DNA of 64,000 nucleotides from Epiperipatus broadwayi. Its lineage: Eukaryota; Animalia; Onychophora. Below the pieces are notes generated by a model. The model made no database searches and had not been told where the DNA came from. It worked only from the letters and a program-made list of their open reading frames with translations. The translations under genes and the position numbers were made by a program. The stretch covers positions 11,718,001-11,782,000 of the forward strand of contig JAQFVV010000005.1 of the NCBI GenBank assembly GCA_028023455.1, written 5' to 3'. Below, one piece after another: positions 51,707 through 64,000 of the stretch. Positions within the stretch are counted from its first letter, which is position 1; every line of letters begins with the position of its first letter.

Positions 51707-52650
51707 GGGATCATATATCTTTGGTCTTATGTTTATGGTTGCAACTCTCCACAAAATGTTAAAAGTGGATAGAAACCAGTCCTTACCTTGCATGATAGTA
51801 TCGTAAAAATTACATTACAGAAATATTTATACAGGGTCTTATTTAGTTGTCTACACTATTTGATCAAAATTTAATAAATCATTTTCATATTTAATTAATT
51901 AATATGAACAATATATTCATAAATAATTTTCAATTCATATAAATAGTTAATTCTGAAGTCCAACCATTGATCTCTAACCAAAAAATTTTAATCAAATAGT
52001 TTTCCTTCAACATACTATTTGTTTAATGGATATAAGAGTATCTAATCTCACATATAACACCAATCATAATCTTCCTTCTCAAATGTTTGAATTTTTAATT
52101 ACTCGATTTTTTTTTAAATAAAAATATTTACATACAAATAAAAACTCATTCTCTTTTATATTTATAATCATGTCAAACCAAAATAAAATATAGCCCTCAT
52201 TTGCTGTAGACTATAAAATTGCTAGCCAAAGCAATAGTTGAAGTGTTAAAAATTCTCAGGTTATGAACCTAGGTTGCTATTTTATGATTTTTTTTTTTTT
52301 TGATACCTACAATTGCAAATCATTTTCGAAGGAAGAAAGATTAAATGAATTAGAACTAATTAATATTAAATGGGGAATTGTTAAACTTTGTGAAATTAGA
52401 AGAAAAGATAATGAGACAATTGATTTGAAAAGTAGGCATGTGCTTTATTATAAAAGGACAAATATTGAAAAGAATGGATCTGTATACTAAAAAATTAGCT
52501 AGATAAATTATTCAGTTGAATAGAAGACAACAAATGAAATTATTTTAGGCTTATATCTCGACAAGTAATCATTATGAAAAAATAGTAGGAATGTTTGTAT
52601 AATTGTACAGAATGCTTTTGATTAAATCAAACAACATTTTTAAATTATAT

Positions 52651-52953
52651 TGAATTTCAAAAAACTCACACACTTCACTTTTTAGCAAAAAACTTTTATT
52701 ATTGATAACAGGTTCGACTGTACCATGCAGTCTTCATCAGATCTTAATCTATCCTTTCAAATGTCCTCCATTTTGGAGGACATTTGCAAGGATAGATTAA
52801 GATCTGATGAAGACTGCATGGTCCTCCAAAATGGAGGACATTTGAAAGGATAGATTAAGATCTGATGAAGACTGCATGGTACAGTCGAAACTGTTATCAA
52901 TAATAAAAGTTTTTTGCTAAAAAGTGAAGTGTGTGAGTTTTTTGAAATTCAAT
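52651..52953 (+). mobile_element. Near-perfect palindromic PLE pLTR-like insertion with hammerhead; possible 7-bp TSD
   Basis: ~128-bp inverted arms with one mismatch plus a partial third copy; forward unit reads PPKWRTFERID* then hammerhead then AATAAA; attatat at 52644-52650 and 52954-52960. Confidence 0.8.
52854..52904 (+). ncRNA. Minimal type-I hammerhead motif, family C
   Basis: attaaGAT CTGATGA A GACTG-catggta-CAGTC GAAAC T GTT ATCaataat; intact core with an extra A after A9; GUU site. Confidence 0.65.
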
Positions 52954-54029
52954 ATTATATATGAAGACAGTAAAAACAGAGGAGGAAGAAAAGAATTTTT
53001 AAATTATCATGTAAGATTTTAAGGCTAGAATTTGAAAACAAAATACTTGGATGTTGAGACATGAGAGAAAACACTGACTTATGGAATTTATAGGGGAAAT
53101 GTATATATTTTTTGAAACAAAAATTTAAATGAACAGACTTGAAAACATCCAAATGAAGATACAGCAAATAAATATTATATTTTGTCGAGTAAAAGATATT
53201 TATTTCAAGACTCTAATGCACTTAAGAGATTCAGTATATTGATTTAGTGAGATGTAAAATATATATTATTGCAATGTTAAATACAGAAACCATTAGGAAG
53301 AACAATATTAGTAGTTGATATTGGTAACTTTTAGAAGTATCCCAATGAGTTTTAAGAACTTGAAAGTAGCTTTAAAATATTGACAAATTTGAAAGATGAA
53401 TCAGACTTGAATGATATGAATAAAAAAATTGATATTTTACTAGTCACACTGCCAATGCACAAAGCTAATTTTCAATTAAGACTAAATAATATTTGAAGAA
53501 AAGAAGGAATATAAACATATTTTAAAATGATACATTTATAAGAAGTGAATATTAGAAATCTTTGAATGATACAAAAAAAAAATAATGTAGACATAAAGAA
53601 ATATATTGAAAGATATAGAAGAGAATAAAAATATAAAAGGACAACTTGGTATAAAAAGAAAAGGTTTTGGACAATAAAAAAAAAATAGCATTACTATTAA
53701 AATGAGGAAGGGAACCATGAAGTATGTGGAAAAATTTGATCAAAAAAATGCAGAAATTGGTAGAATTATTAAAAACATTTTAAAAACTGCAAGTGATGTA
53801 AGAAAAATTGCTAACCAAAGATCTGAAAAACAAACTTAGTAATAAAGACCCTTACAACTTTTTTTTATTATAAAATAAACTTCATTAATTACAAATTATA
53901 TACAAATATTAACATATGTACAGAAGAAAAAAAGAATTTACATGCTATAATACATAGCTTATAAAAATATAATCATTATGATTAATGTTTGAGGGCAGAT
54001 GAAAATAATGTACAACTAAGAAAAATATT

Positions 54030-54600
54030 ATTTGGTCAAATTTTGCTCATACTAGGTAAATAAAGAAAAATAGCATTACTATTAAAATGAGGAAGGAAGC
54101 CATGAAGTATATGGAAAAATTTGACAAAAAATGCATTAATATCATCAATGATGATTTTAAAATATTGTTTAGTGTTAACAAAACCATTCTGTCCATCTAT
54201 ATAAAAATCCTCTACTTCATCACAATGAAAATGTGTTGGGAAATAAACTTGAATTACCTGCACTTGATATTTTTCATTAAATTGAATAACTAATCTTGCT
54301 ACTTTCTCTGATAAATCAGCAATCTCCATAATGTTATTCTTTCATTTATTATTTATAACGAACCCCATTAATTACTTTTAATATTTTTGTTTTTATATTA
54401 AAATTCATATACTTTTCAAATCAATTGTCTTTTTCTTCTTCTCAGTCTAACAATATCCCATTTAGTATTAAATAACTCTTTTTACAAATCATGTATTTTT
54501 TTCATTATTTGGAAATGAATTGCAGTTGTAGTATATTATAAAAGTTTTCCAATTACATTTGCAATCAGGAGATTCTAAACACCCTTATAAATGAAAACAT
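54030..54600 (-). mobile_element. Second RTE endonuclease fragment in opposite orientation
   Basis: ORF 54036-54329 SEKVARLVIQFNEKYQVQVIQVYFPTHFHCDEVEDFY...IIIDDINA (RTE IIQVYAPT...GDFNA motifs). Confidence 0.8.
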
Positions 54601-56049
54601 GGAACCAATATAATTAGCAACTTAACCAGTATAAAGTGAATAGATCTTATTTCCTATTTTACATAATAAATAAAACATGTTTCATATATGAAAAATATAG
54701 ATAATTGACATAAATTATATTCAGTTTACATCGATTTGGTAGCTAAATATAATATAGTCATGTTTTTGTTTATTGTATTTATTGTCAAAGATTACTTTTT
54801 TAACTTATTAAAACATATATTACTTTCATTTAACCATAAATGAAATATTTTAGTTTATCATGCAAAATATGTAACAACTTATTCACTCTATATTAGTTTG
54901 ATTGATAAATATATTATTTCCATATTTTTATTTATTATAAATACTATTCTGGGTTTTCTTTTCTAAATAAATTATTCACCAGCATTAAAAATATGGGAAT
55001 TTTATTCATTCATTAGTTTTTTTCTTTGGGCATTTGAATGTATTTTGTAGCGCCATCTAGTGGATAAATCAGAAAAAAATAGCACCTATTTGTTTATTTC
55101 AAGTCTAATCAAAAATTAAAACTTATTAAAATATATTATAACTCTTTAAAAATTAATTTAAAATAATATGCACTCATAGCATTTTTAATAAATGTTATTA
55201 ATGTTTAAAACAATGAAAAAAATCTATATTATTTTTATATCCTCTATTTATTAGTTTTTGATTAAAGAATGTTTTCATGGCTTTAGATTTTTTATGATAA
55301 AAGCAAGCATACATTATTTTTATTCAGAAGAAAAGTTATGAATTTTAAATAATTTTATAATATGCATTCTCATCTTATCCATGTTGCTCTAGTAATTATT
55401 TCTAAGGCAAATGTAAGTACAAAAGATGATTAAAAGTTGATTTTTGACTCTAGATGGCTATAAAAGTAATTTACTATTATAATAATTTTTATGACAGAAT
55501 TATGATATTATTTATTTTAGAAAACATTTTAATTCCAAGAATGATGAAATATAAGAGTATTCTAGACTAATAATAAGTCCATTGGGTACAAAAGGTTTAA
55601 ATTTAGCTAGCACACAATTAAATAGATCTTTTAATTTCTAAAGAGGAATAAAATTAATATTAAAAAAATTAATTAATTTTGGCTACTTTCTTTTCATACA
55701 TACTATAATCTTTTTTTAAATTCAATTTTATTACCCAATAAAAACAATCAGATGATAAATAATGGTTGCTAAAACATTAATAATTTTAAATATCTATTTT
55801 ATAAAATATTTGCATTTATAAATACATCCACTTATTTCTTTGTAATTAAAATTAAGTACATCATTTATTAATATTTTTTATTAACACAATAATAAATCAT
55901 ATATAGATTCATACACATATTACAAATGTGTGCTGGATATGAAGTATTAGTGGAAATTATTAATGATTATGATTAAAAAAAAATTGCTAAGCTTAAACAC
56001 ACTTTCAATACGTGTTGAAAATGTATATTATAAGTTATATTTGTTTAAA

Positions 56050-57460
56050 ATTATGTTAAATAGTTTGGTATTATGCATGAATTTTGGCATTTGTAGCAAG
56101 GCTTGGAACAAAATATCACTGATATGGAAAAAAAAATTAATAAGAGACAATTAAAAAAGGAATTATAATTACAAAATAAAAGTGAATAGAAGCTTCTAAA
56201 AATTTAAAAGTGAGAAAAATTAAATGTTTATGTGAACCTGCAGATAAAATGAATATAAAATTAGGATAAATTACTTTTAATATTGAATGATCAGGATTAC
56301 AAATAAAAAATATTCAATGTAGTAATATAAAAGGTTGACATTTAATTAGACAGTACAGATTTGAATAACTATAGACAAATAGTAATAACAACAATTATAT
56401 AAAACTTTATTTATATTGCAAATAAACAGAAAAAGATGAAATAACACAAAATACTAGGAGAAATATAAAGTGGATTTAAGGATAATAGGAGAATTGTTCA
56501 TCTTTACTTTTACAATGACTCAATTTTTTTTTTAATAGTGAAAAAACAAAAAAACATGATAGTTGATAATATATATGTAAGTTAGGAAAAATTGGACAAA
56601 ATGATTTTTTATAATTACTAAAAACCATATATGGAAAATCATTATGTATATGAAGTGAAGGATTACAAGTTAACAAGTATGATGAGCCTTAAGGAATATT
56701 ATCATTTATCATCTATATTATTTTTAAGAAAATTAGTTTAGGATAAAATATCAAAACTTACATATAATTAAAAAATGCAGTAGCTGGCATTAGTGTGTGC
56801 AAATGATATAGTTTTTGCTAATGACGAATACATAATTTAAGGCATATACAGAATATGAATTTAAAAAGGATATTAAATATAACTAATGAATAAATCAAAG
56901 GCATTGACTAATTACAAAATGAACAGAAAAATATTACATAGAAGATGAAGAGAAATATACTAAATTGAGAATTAAAATTAGTAATCAAATGCAATAAAAA
57001 AAAGATATGTTGATAAAAAAAAAGAATGGCTTATAAAATTGATCCTATTGTCTTGTACAGATACAGTGTATGAAGAATCTTATAGAAAAGGATCTCACTT
57101 ATGGAAATTCATATATTGAAGCGTACATGTCGAAATGGACTTAAAAAAATATGAAAGGAGAACATGCAAATGGAAATAATTATTCTTTAAAATTGCCAAA
57201 CACATTGGACCTAGAGTTTTCCTTCTTTTTTTAGATATATACAATTCTTTATAAGAGTATATGAACCTTGGAATTAATGGGTGTTAGGAATAAGAACAGA
57301 TTATCTTTAAACTTAATATTCTAACTAGTTCCTGACTATCATTCCCATCAAACGTCAAAGTACAAAGAGGGTCTATCCTTGCCATTATAGATGCCATTTA
57401 TTTATTTAAAATGTATGTCATACATCAGATTAGGACACCATCTCTAAAATAAGAAACATC
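56050..57460 (+). mobile_element. Very old LINE (RTE-like) RT remnant
   Basis: Scattered motif traces only, e.g. agattaggacaccatctctaaa resembling RQGD.ISPK; no open frame. Confidence 0.3.
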
Positions 57461-59769
57461 TATGGATCAAGTTCAAATCCCTCCCTAGCTTCTTAGATAG
57501 TAGCTCCTCCATTTATCTATTGCTAGTTCAAAAGAAAAACACGGCAATACATTACAGGGTGTGTGTGTGTAATTATATTTAACTAGGTTTGGAATGAGAG
57601 AAGAGAAATGGACAAATAAATGTAATAAATCAAAATTTATTTACAATATTTACACATCTTTTATGATTCTTAGGGAAGAATCCAAACATATAAAAAATAA
57701 AATATACAAATATATTTCAGATGAGTATGTATTCATATCAGAAAAAAATCATTTAATTAGATTAAATTTAACTTATAGGGAGCTCTGATATGCATACATC
57801 CAATATAAAACGATCATACAATTATTTTTTAACTATAATAATATAAATATTTGGCAAAATATAAATCAATCAATAACAGATAAAGACAAGTTATAATAAA
57901 TATTAACTATTAATAATTGAATGAAAAATTAATTCTAAATTCTATTTGCTTTAAAGTGTTCATAAAAAAAAAATTACTATACAAAATAAATAAATATTTT
58001 AAAATAAAATTTATTTAGAGACTATTAATATTAAATTTAATATTTGCTATAAATATCATTATTATTTCTTTTATAAAAGCCTTTTATTTTAAGTAAAAAT
58101 TTATCTTAGCATAGCATCAAAATTCTGATTTTATACTTTACTAAATATATAGGTTGGAATCTTTAATAATTGATTGCTAAGACAGTTTTCAAGGTTTAAT
58201 GTTTCATTTGATTTACTTTTCTTGAATTATTGTCTAGAGAGAATGATGGAATGAATGAATTATGCATTCACTAAGAGTGATCAGACAGAAATCATGTGAA
58301 AGATGACAAGTAATGCAACTTCTAGATCTTCAATGCTTGTTGCATGTTGGAATAAGATACTTTTAAAATTGACATTTGCTGGAAGCTATATATTTGCAGG
58401 TTTAGTGAATCAGTACACTAATTAATATTTTTCCTCCCATCACATGGTTTTCAGCTATTGCATAATTTTTTATATTTAGCTGTATTAATAATTTATAAAT
58501 TAGCCTTGTCATTATAATGTTAGATTGCCTGGAATGCTGTTAAAGTTTTTTTTTTTATTGAATGAGATGATGAAAAGTCTACAATAAAATGAAAAAGAAT
58601 AAACTGTTATCTCTCACAACTTTTTTTTTTTTTTACAAACACTATTCCAAATTACACATAATACATCCAAGAACATTTATTTGTTATTAAAAATTAAAGG
58701 CCAAAAAAATTACATTCCGTTTCTCTTATTAAAATATATATTGCTGGCATAAATAAGAAAGAAAGTGCAATTTTTTTAAAAAAAAATTAATTTCAACCTG
58801 GGTACTTTTGCTTATACTATTTCTTCCCTTCTTTCTTTTTAATATACCTATGTCAGTGTGTGGGTGAGTCAGAGTTGATTTATTTCAAATTGGGTGAGAT
58901 CTAAAACAGTACAATATGAATTATGGATAACTTTGAATAAAATTCAAAAAAGCAAATTAAAAATATTTGTAAGATTGTATGGGGACAGAATTATTAAAAT
59001 AAACTGGAAGATGTGATAGAAAAATTGTTTACAGTAGGTAATAAATTAAGCAGAATAATTAGATGAGCACATTTGAATATATTTTTTACAAAGGAAAAAA
59101 GAATTCCAATAAAATTTAAAAATACATACACTGCAATAGAAATTGAATAGAATATTTAATAAGTACAAGGAGAATGTTAAGTAAATTAAAAACGTAAAGT
59201 AAAAAAGCATTAATATAGTTTCAAAAAATCAATTTTTCTTCATTAAAAACTATTTAATGATCTCTCACAATATATTATCTAAATCATGATAAAAATTAAT
59301 TCTTTGAATAATATTCTTTTTTATAATGACCATGAAAGAAATCACTGAGAATGCACTTTGTAGAATTATATTGGTTCAACTAGTTAGTTTTTGTTACTAT
59401 TTACTAAAATCATAGTTATTTTTTTATCTCGATTTATCACAATTCTGCTTCAGAAGCTGATTCAAATTTTTCAATTATGAGAATAGCAACAAGCACAATT
59501 TAGATTATGATGTGTGTGGCCAAACTCTTTAAATCTACCACAAGTATCATACTAAATCAATACATGTGTTTTTCTGAAGATTTGTGATGATGGTATTTTA
59601 ATTGTGTTTATATATTGGACTATTTCCATCATTAATATTGAATGTCTTTAGAAAAATGTAATTTCATTTAAATTTTCAAAGTACATTTAACTTTTAATAA
59701 TAGTACACAGGTTAGTATATCCACAATATTTCGAGATATTTTATTTTTCTCTCTTCTTTACATGCTGAT

Positions 59770-59868
59770 GGCATGACTAGTGACAAAACTAGTTGAACCT
59801 GAACCTTTATATTCTTGAATATTGAATTTTAAGGTAATGCTCTAACCAACTGCACCATCTTTACTAAA
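59770..59868 (-). ncRNA. tRNA-like (Pol III A/B box) segment in the 3' part of the minus PLE arm
   Basis: TGGTGCAGTTGGTTAGAGC A-box and GGTTCAACT B-box-like motif. Confidence 0.55.
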
Positions 59869-62382
59869 GGCAACAGTCAGTAGAAATTTCATATATTTCT
59901 CTATGAGGTTCCTCCCGATTTCTCCATTTTTTCCTGAGGGAAAAGTTGAGTAGTGGTTTCCATACATTATGTATAGTCATACTAGATTGACTTATAGGGT
60001 TATTCACCGTTGTTATGTGAGCAGTTTTTTGATTTTAACCTTTTCCTCTCTATAATTGTATTTTCCCAATTGAACATATGTTCATTGGTACAGACATGGT
60101 TTGCTACCTTAGACACGTCTGTTTCTCTCTTCTAAACATCAATTTGTGCTCTTGCAATCACTTTTCAATGGGGTGGCTGGTCTCACCAATATACATTCAC
60201 ATGGTATTTCATGGATGCAATTTTTTTTTTTGCAGCATTTCAAGTTTAGGCTCTGTAGATGTTAGAATTCATCATAGTGTGGTATGGCTCTGGAAAACTG
60301 TTCTAACGTTGTACTGATTGCAGACTTTTCATAATTTGTCTGCTATTTTTGGTGTATATGGATATACTATAGTACTAATAATTGTTTTTTTCTTTTGATG
60401 GTACTTTGTCTATTTAAGGTTTTCCTAATAACAGTTGATGGATAACCATTTTTCATAGCAGTTTGTTCTATATGGATCGCTGGTTTCTAAACAACTTCTT
60501 TTGGTCTATTCCATAGTGATAGTATAACTCCATGTTTTGTGTTCCTGGTGTGAATGGAGATATATATCGCTAAGTATTTTCCTGTATGTGTGGTTTTTTT
60601 CTGTAAACTGTAGTTTTGATTTTGTCAGAGGAAGTCTTGTCACAAGAACATCTAAGAATGCTGATTTGTGGTCGTTCTGATTTTATTGTGAATTTAGCTG
60701 AAGAGGATATGTTGTTGATGTGTTTCAAGAAAGTTTGTAGAAGTGCTTCAGCATGTGGCCATACAACACATATATCATCAACATAGCAAACCAAACTTTA
60801 TATGGATATGGAGTAGTCATTATGGCTGTGGTTGAAAGTTCTTACATATAAATATTGCTAATCAAGGGTGACCCCATAGCTATTCCTTCATTTTGTTAGA
60901 AAAATTGTGTTATATTGAAAATAAGTTTGTTGTAATGCAGAATGTTAATAATTCCATTATACTATCAATAGGAAGGGTTGTTCTGGTTTGTAAGCTATTA
61001 TCACTATTTAGTCTTTTTCTTACAATAGACAATGCTTCTTCACATTGCACATTATTTGTGAACAAACTTTCCACATCAAAGCTTACTAGTATGTCAATTC
61101 TTTCAATTTGTCATGTTCTTGATTAATTCTTTAAGTGTCTAGAATCCCTGATAAAGGACTAAGTCTTGTATGCCAGAGGACTAAGACTTTAATTAATCAA
61201 AACATAATTTGAAAGAACTGAGATACTAGTAAGCTTTCATGTGAAAAGTTTGTTCACAAATGTGCAATGTGAAGAAGCATTGCCTATTGTAAGAAAAAGA
61301 CTAAATAGTGATAATAGCTTACAAATCAGAACAACTTTTCCTATTGATAATATAATGGAATTATTAACATTCTGCATTACAACAATCTACTTTCAATATA
61401 ATACACAATTTTTCCAACAAAATCAAGAAATGGCTATGGGCTCACCAGTCACCCCTGATTACCAATATTTACATGGAGGAACTTGAAGCTACAGCCATAG
61501 ACTACTCCATATCCACCTAAAGTTTGGCTTTGCTATGTTGATGATACAGTTGTTGTATGGCCACATGGTGAAGCACTTCTACAAACTTTCTGGAAACACA
61601 TCAACAACATACTCCCTTTAATTAAATTCACAACAGAATCAGAACAAGAACACAAACTGGCATTTATGGCAAAATACTTAGCATATATATCCAATCACAC
61701 GAGAAACACAAAAACATGAGTTATACTATCACTATGGACCAAAACAAAAGAAGTTTTTTTCAGAAGATCCACATAGAACTGTTATGAAAAATGGTTATCC
61801 ATCATCAGTTATTAGGAAAAACTTAAATAGACTACACAAAGAACCATCAAAAGAAAGAACAGTTGTAGGTACTGTAGTATATCCATATATATCAAAAATT
61901 GCAGACAAATTAAGAAAAGTCTGCAATCGAAATAACATCAGAATAGCTTTCCACACTACAAGAAATGCTAACATCTACAAAGCCTAAACTAGAAATGCTG
62001 AAAAACAAAACCTGCATCTATGAAATACCATGTGAATGTGGGAAAATGTATATTGATGGGACTACTTGTCCCATTGAAAAGTGATTGCAAGAGCACAAAA
62101 TGATAAATTAGAAGAAAACAGATGCATCTAAGATAGCTAACCATGTTAACATATGTTCAATTGGGATAATACAAAAATATTGAATAAAGGAAGAGGTAAA
62201 AAGAAAAAAAAATTCAAAGAAACTGTTCGCATGATAATGGTGAATAGCACCATAAATCAACCTAATGTGATTGTACATAATATATGGAAACTTCTAATTA
62301 ACTTTGCTCTTAGGAAAAAATGGAGAAATCAGGAGGAATCTAATAGATAAGTATATAAAATTTCTATTGACTGTTGCCTTTG

Positions 62383-62465
62383 GTAGAATGGCTCAGTTGA
62401 TTAGAGCATTATCTTAAAATTCAATATTCAAGAATCTAAGGGTCCAATTTTGATTCCTGTACTAG
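62383..62465 (+). ncRNA. tRNA-like segment in the 3' part of the plus PLE arm
   Basis: TGGCTCAGTTGATTAGAGC A-box; same position relative to the ORF end as in the minus arm. Confidence 0.55.
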
Positions 62466-62689
62466 TACAGTCACTGGTCTCAAAATGTTGTGCATATACT
62501 AACCTGTGTGCTATTATTAACAGTTGAATGTACTTTGAAAATTTAAATAAAGTTAAATTTTTCTAAAGACATTCAATACTCAATACCAGATAATAAAAAT
62601 AGTCCAACATATAAATACAACTAAATCAATGTTTTGAGCATCTATTATGAAAGCAGCCTTTTTGACATTAAGCAATATGAATATTGCAT

Positions 62690-63900
62690 AAAATTTAATC
62701 ATGATTAAAATCATCTAAGATCTGTACAGTTAAAAAGATAAAATATTTTTTTAATAATTAGTCCACTAGAGAGCACAGATTTCTTCAACAGATCCTTGTA
62801 GAGAAACTTTAAAGGAGAAAACAATCCATGCCAAGCTTGCAAAATATCAGGTGCTAAATGTAGGAGCAGTTTTCTATCCTTGTTTTCCTCACTTTAAGAA
62901 TATTTAGATATCTATTAACTGATCACTGTTGGAATTAGTTAATGACAAGCTTCATGTGAACAAATATCCTAAGCATCCGGAAAAGTAATTTGCTTTGTCT
63001 AGATTCAAATCTTGATTGTGGGCAACTTTTTAAAGATACAATCAATTTAAAAAATTCAACTTTTGTTTTTTTTTGAAAATCATTAATTCCAGAATATTTG
63101 ACAACACCCTCTCAAGCAACAGATAATTACATTTCATTAGACTATGAATCATTCTGATATTAATGACTTAATTATTTTTGATATAATTTTCCTTTTGCTT
63201 ATTTCAATCAGTTATATTGCATACCAATAAAAAAAAATGCAACAAAACGATGAGGAAATTTGTTTCTAATGAATGCAAATAGTAGATATGTAGTAAATGC
63301 GTGAACCTAAATTCTCTAGAGAAAATATAAAAAAAGATGTTTTAGTTTGTCTCTGCAATTACTAAATCTCATCAATGTATAAAAAGGAATTTGTCATTTA
63401 CTTTCAAATAACTTTATCTACGATTTATTGATTTCAGGTAAAATTTGTAAACTCCAAAGTACACAGTGTATCCTATTCAAAAGAAGGATGACTTTTCTCT
63501 GAACTGCCTGCAGCCCTATCCATACATGTTATATAGTGACATAGTTTGGCAATTTACCACAAAATTTTTAAGGTGCTAGTATATATCGTAAGATATGACA
63601 TGAAATGTGGCAGAATGTTTCATACCTTTGTAGATTAAATTCCCTGCCATCATGAAATTTCGTAAACTACTTGAAAATATTCTTGAAACTTATGGCTTCA
63701 CTGTCATATAAAGTTTGAATCATTTAAAATGTTTCAGTAGAAGTTTCAATTCCATTGTAAGTTAAAAAACACATCACTTTTATATTGTAATTCATAATTT
63801 GATATGTTAGCACCTTAAAATTTTTGTAGTGAATATCTAAATTATGTTGCTATGCAATATGTGATGATTGAGAGACAGTGCTACAGGAAGTTTGAAAAGA
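62690..63900 (-). mobile_element. Decayed hAT transposase remnant with an internal inverted duplication
   Basis: SLKSCPQSRFESRQ resembles K.L..TRW.SR; similarity to 12760-12830; ~55-bp inverted repeat at ~63532-63587 and ~63801-63858. Confidence 0.45.
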
Positions 63901-64000
63901 GAACTAGTCACCAGTCCTCTTGTATATAACTACCGTTTCTTATTGCATTGCCAAATGTATACCACTTCAACTACTAAGGTAGTTGAAGTTATGAGATATA

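Larger units (their letters stand above)
52260..53800 (+). mobile_element. RTE-clade LINE remnant (APE endonuclease N-terminus onward), interrupted by the palindrome at 52651-52953
   Basis: TYNCKSFSKEERLNELELINIKWGIVKLCEIRRK...DLKSRHVLYY matches the RTE endonuclease start. Confidence 0.75.
59562..62619. mobile_element. Head-to-head inverted pair of 5'-truncated Penelope-like elements; possible 11-bp TSD
   Basis: Minus arm ~59562-61200 and plus arm ~61205-62619; RT motifs KSLFTNV...YFQY...MAMGSP (61241-61486) and CYVDD (60570-60794 minus, ~61530 plus); EN traces; actaaatcaat at 59551-59561 and 62620-62630. Confidence 0.85.

Noticed and set aside
54600-55605. piggyBac-like MITE ending gggtacaaaaggtttaa with internal gcgccatctagtgg
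   Set aside because: No matching left terminal inverted repeat found.
513-62350. Remaining 60-110 aa ORFs rich in F/I/L/N/K/Y
   Set aside because: Composition and length are as expected from random AT-rich sequence or antisense of TE and ZF coding regions.
1-64000. CRISPR array, prokaryotic operons, rRNA
   Set aside because: No regularly spaced repeat-spacer series, no dense ORF packing and no rRNA motifs; content is eukaryotic TE-rich DNA.

Overview
Very AT-rich eukaryotic (animal, probably arthropod-like; inference) genomic DNA dominated by decayed transposable elements. No prokaryotic features and no CRISPR array. The only clear intact gene is a single-ORF tandem C2H2 zinc-finger protein (5487-6995, minus strand, 16 fingers). 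A few candidate small exons of unidentified host genes are present at low confidence, plus a CpG-retaining promoter-like island near 36-37 kb. Recognisable elements include Penelope-like retroelements (PLE; RT and GIY-YIG remnants), a Ty3/gypsy LTR element retaining only gag-protease and the integrase C-terminus, RTE and other non-LTR fragments, three hAT transposase remnants, a TIR element with TTAA-like flanks, and tRNA-derived SINEs. The most striking pattern is four insertions built as an inverted 5' copy plus a tandem or partial-tandem forward copy, each bounded by 7-18 bp direct repeats. Three distinct families of minimal type-I hammerhead ribozyme motifs also occur in short non-coding repeats. 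Together these suggest a PLE-driven set of small non-autonomous, retrozyme-like RNAs. All calls were made by eye; no searches or folding programs were run.
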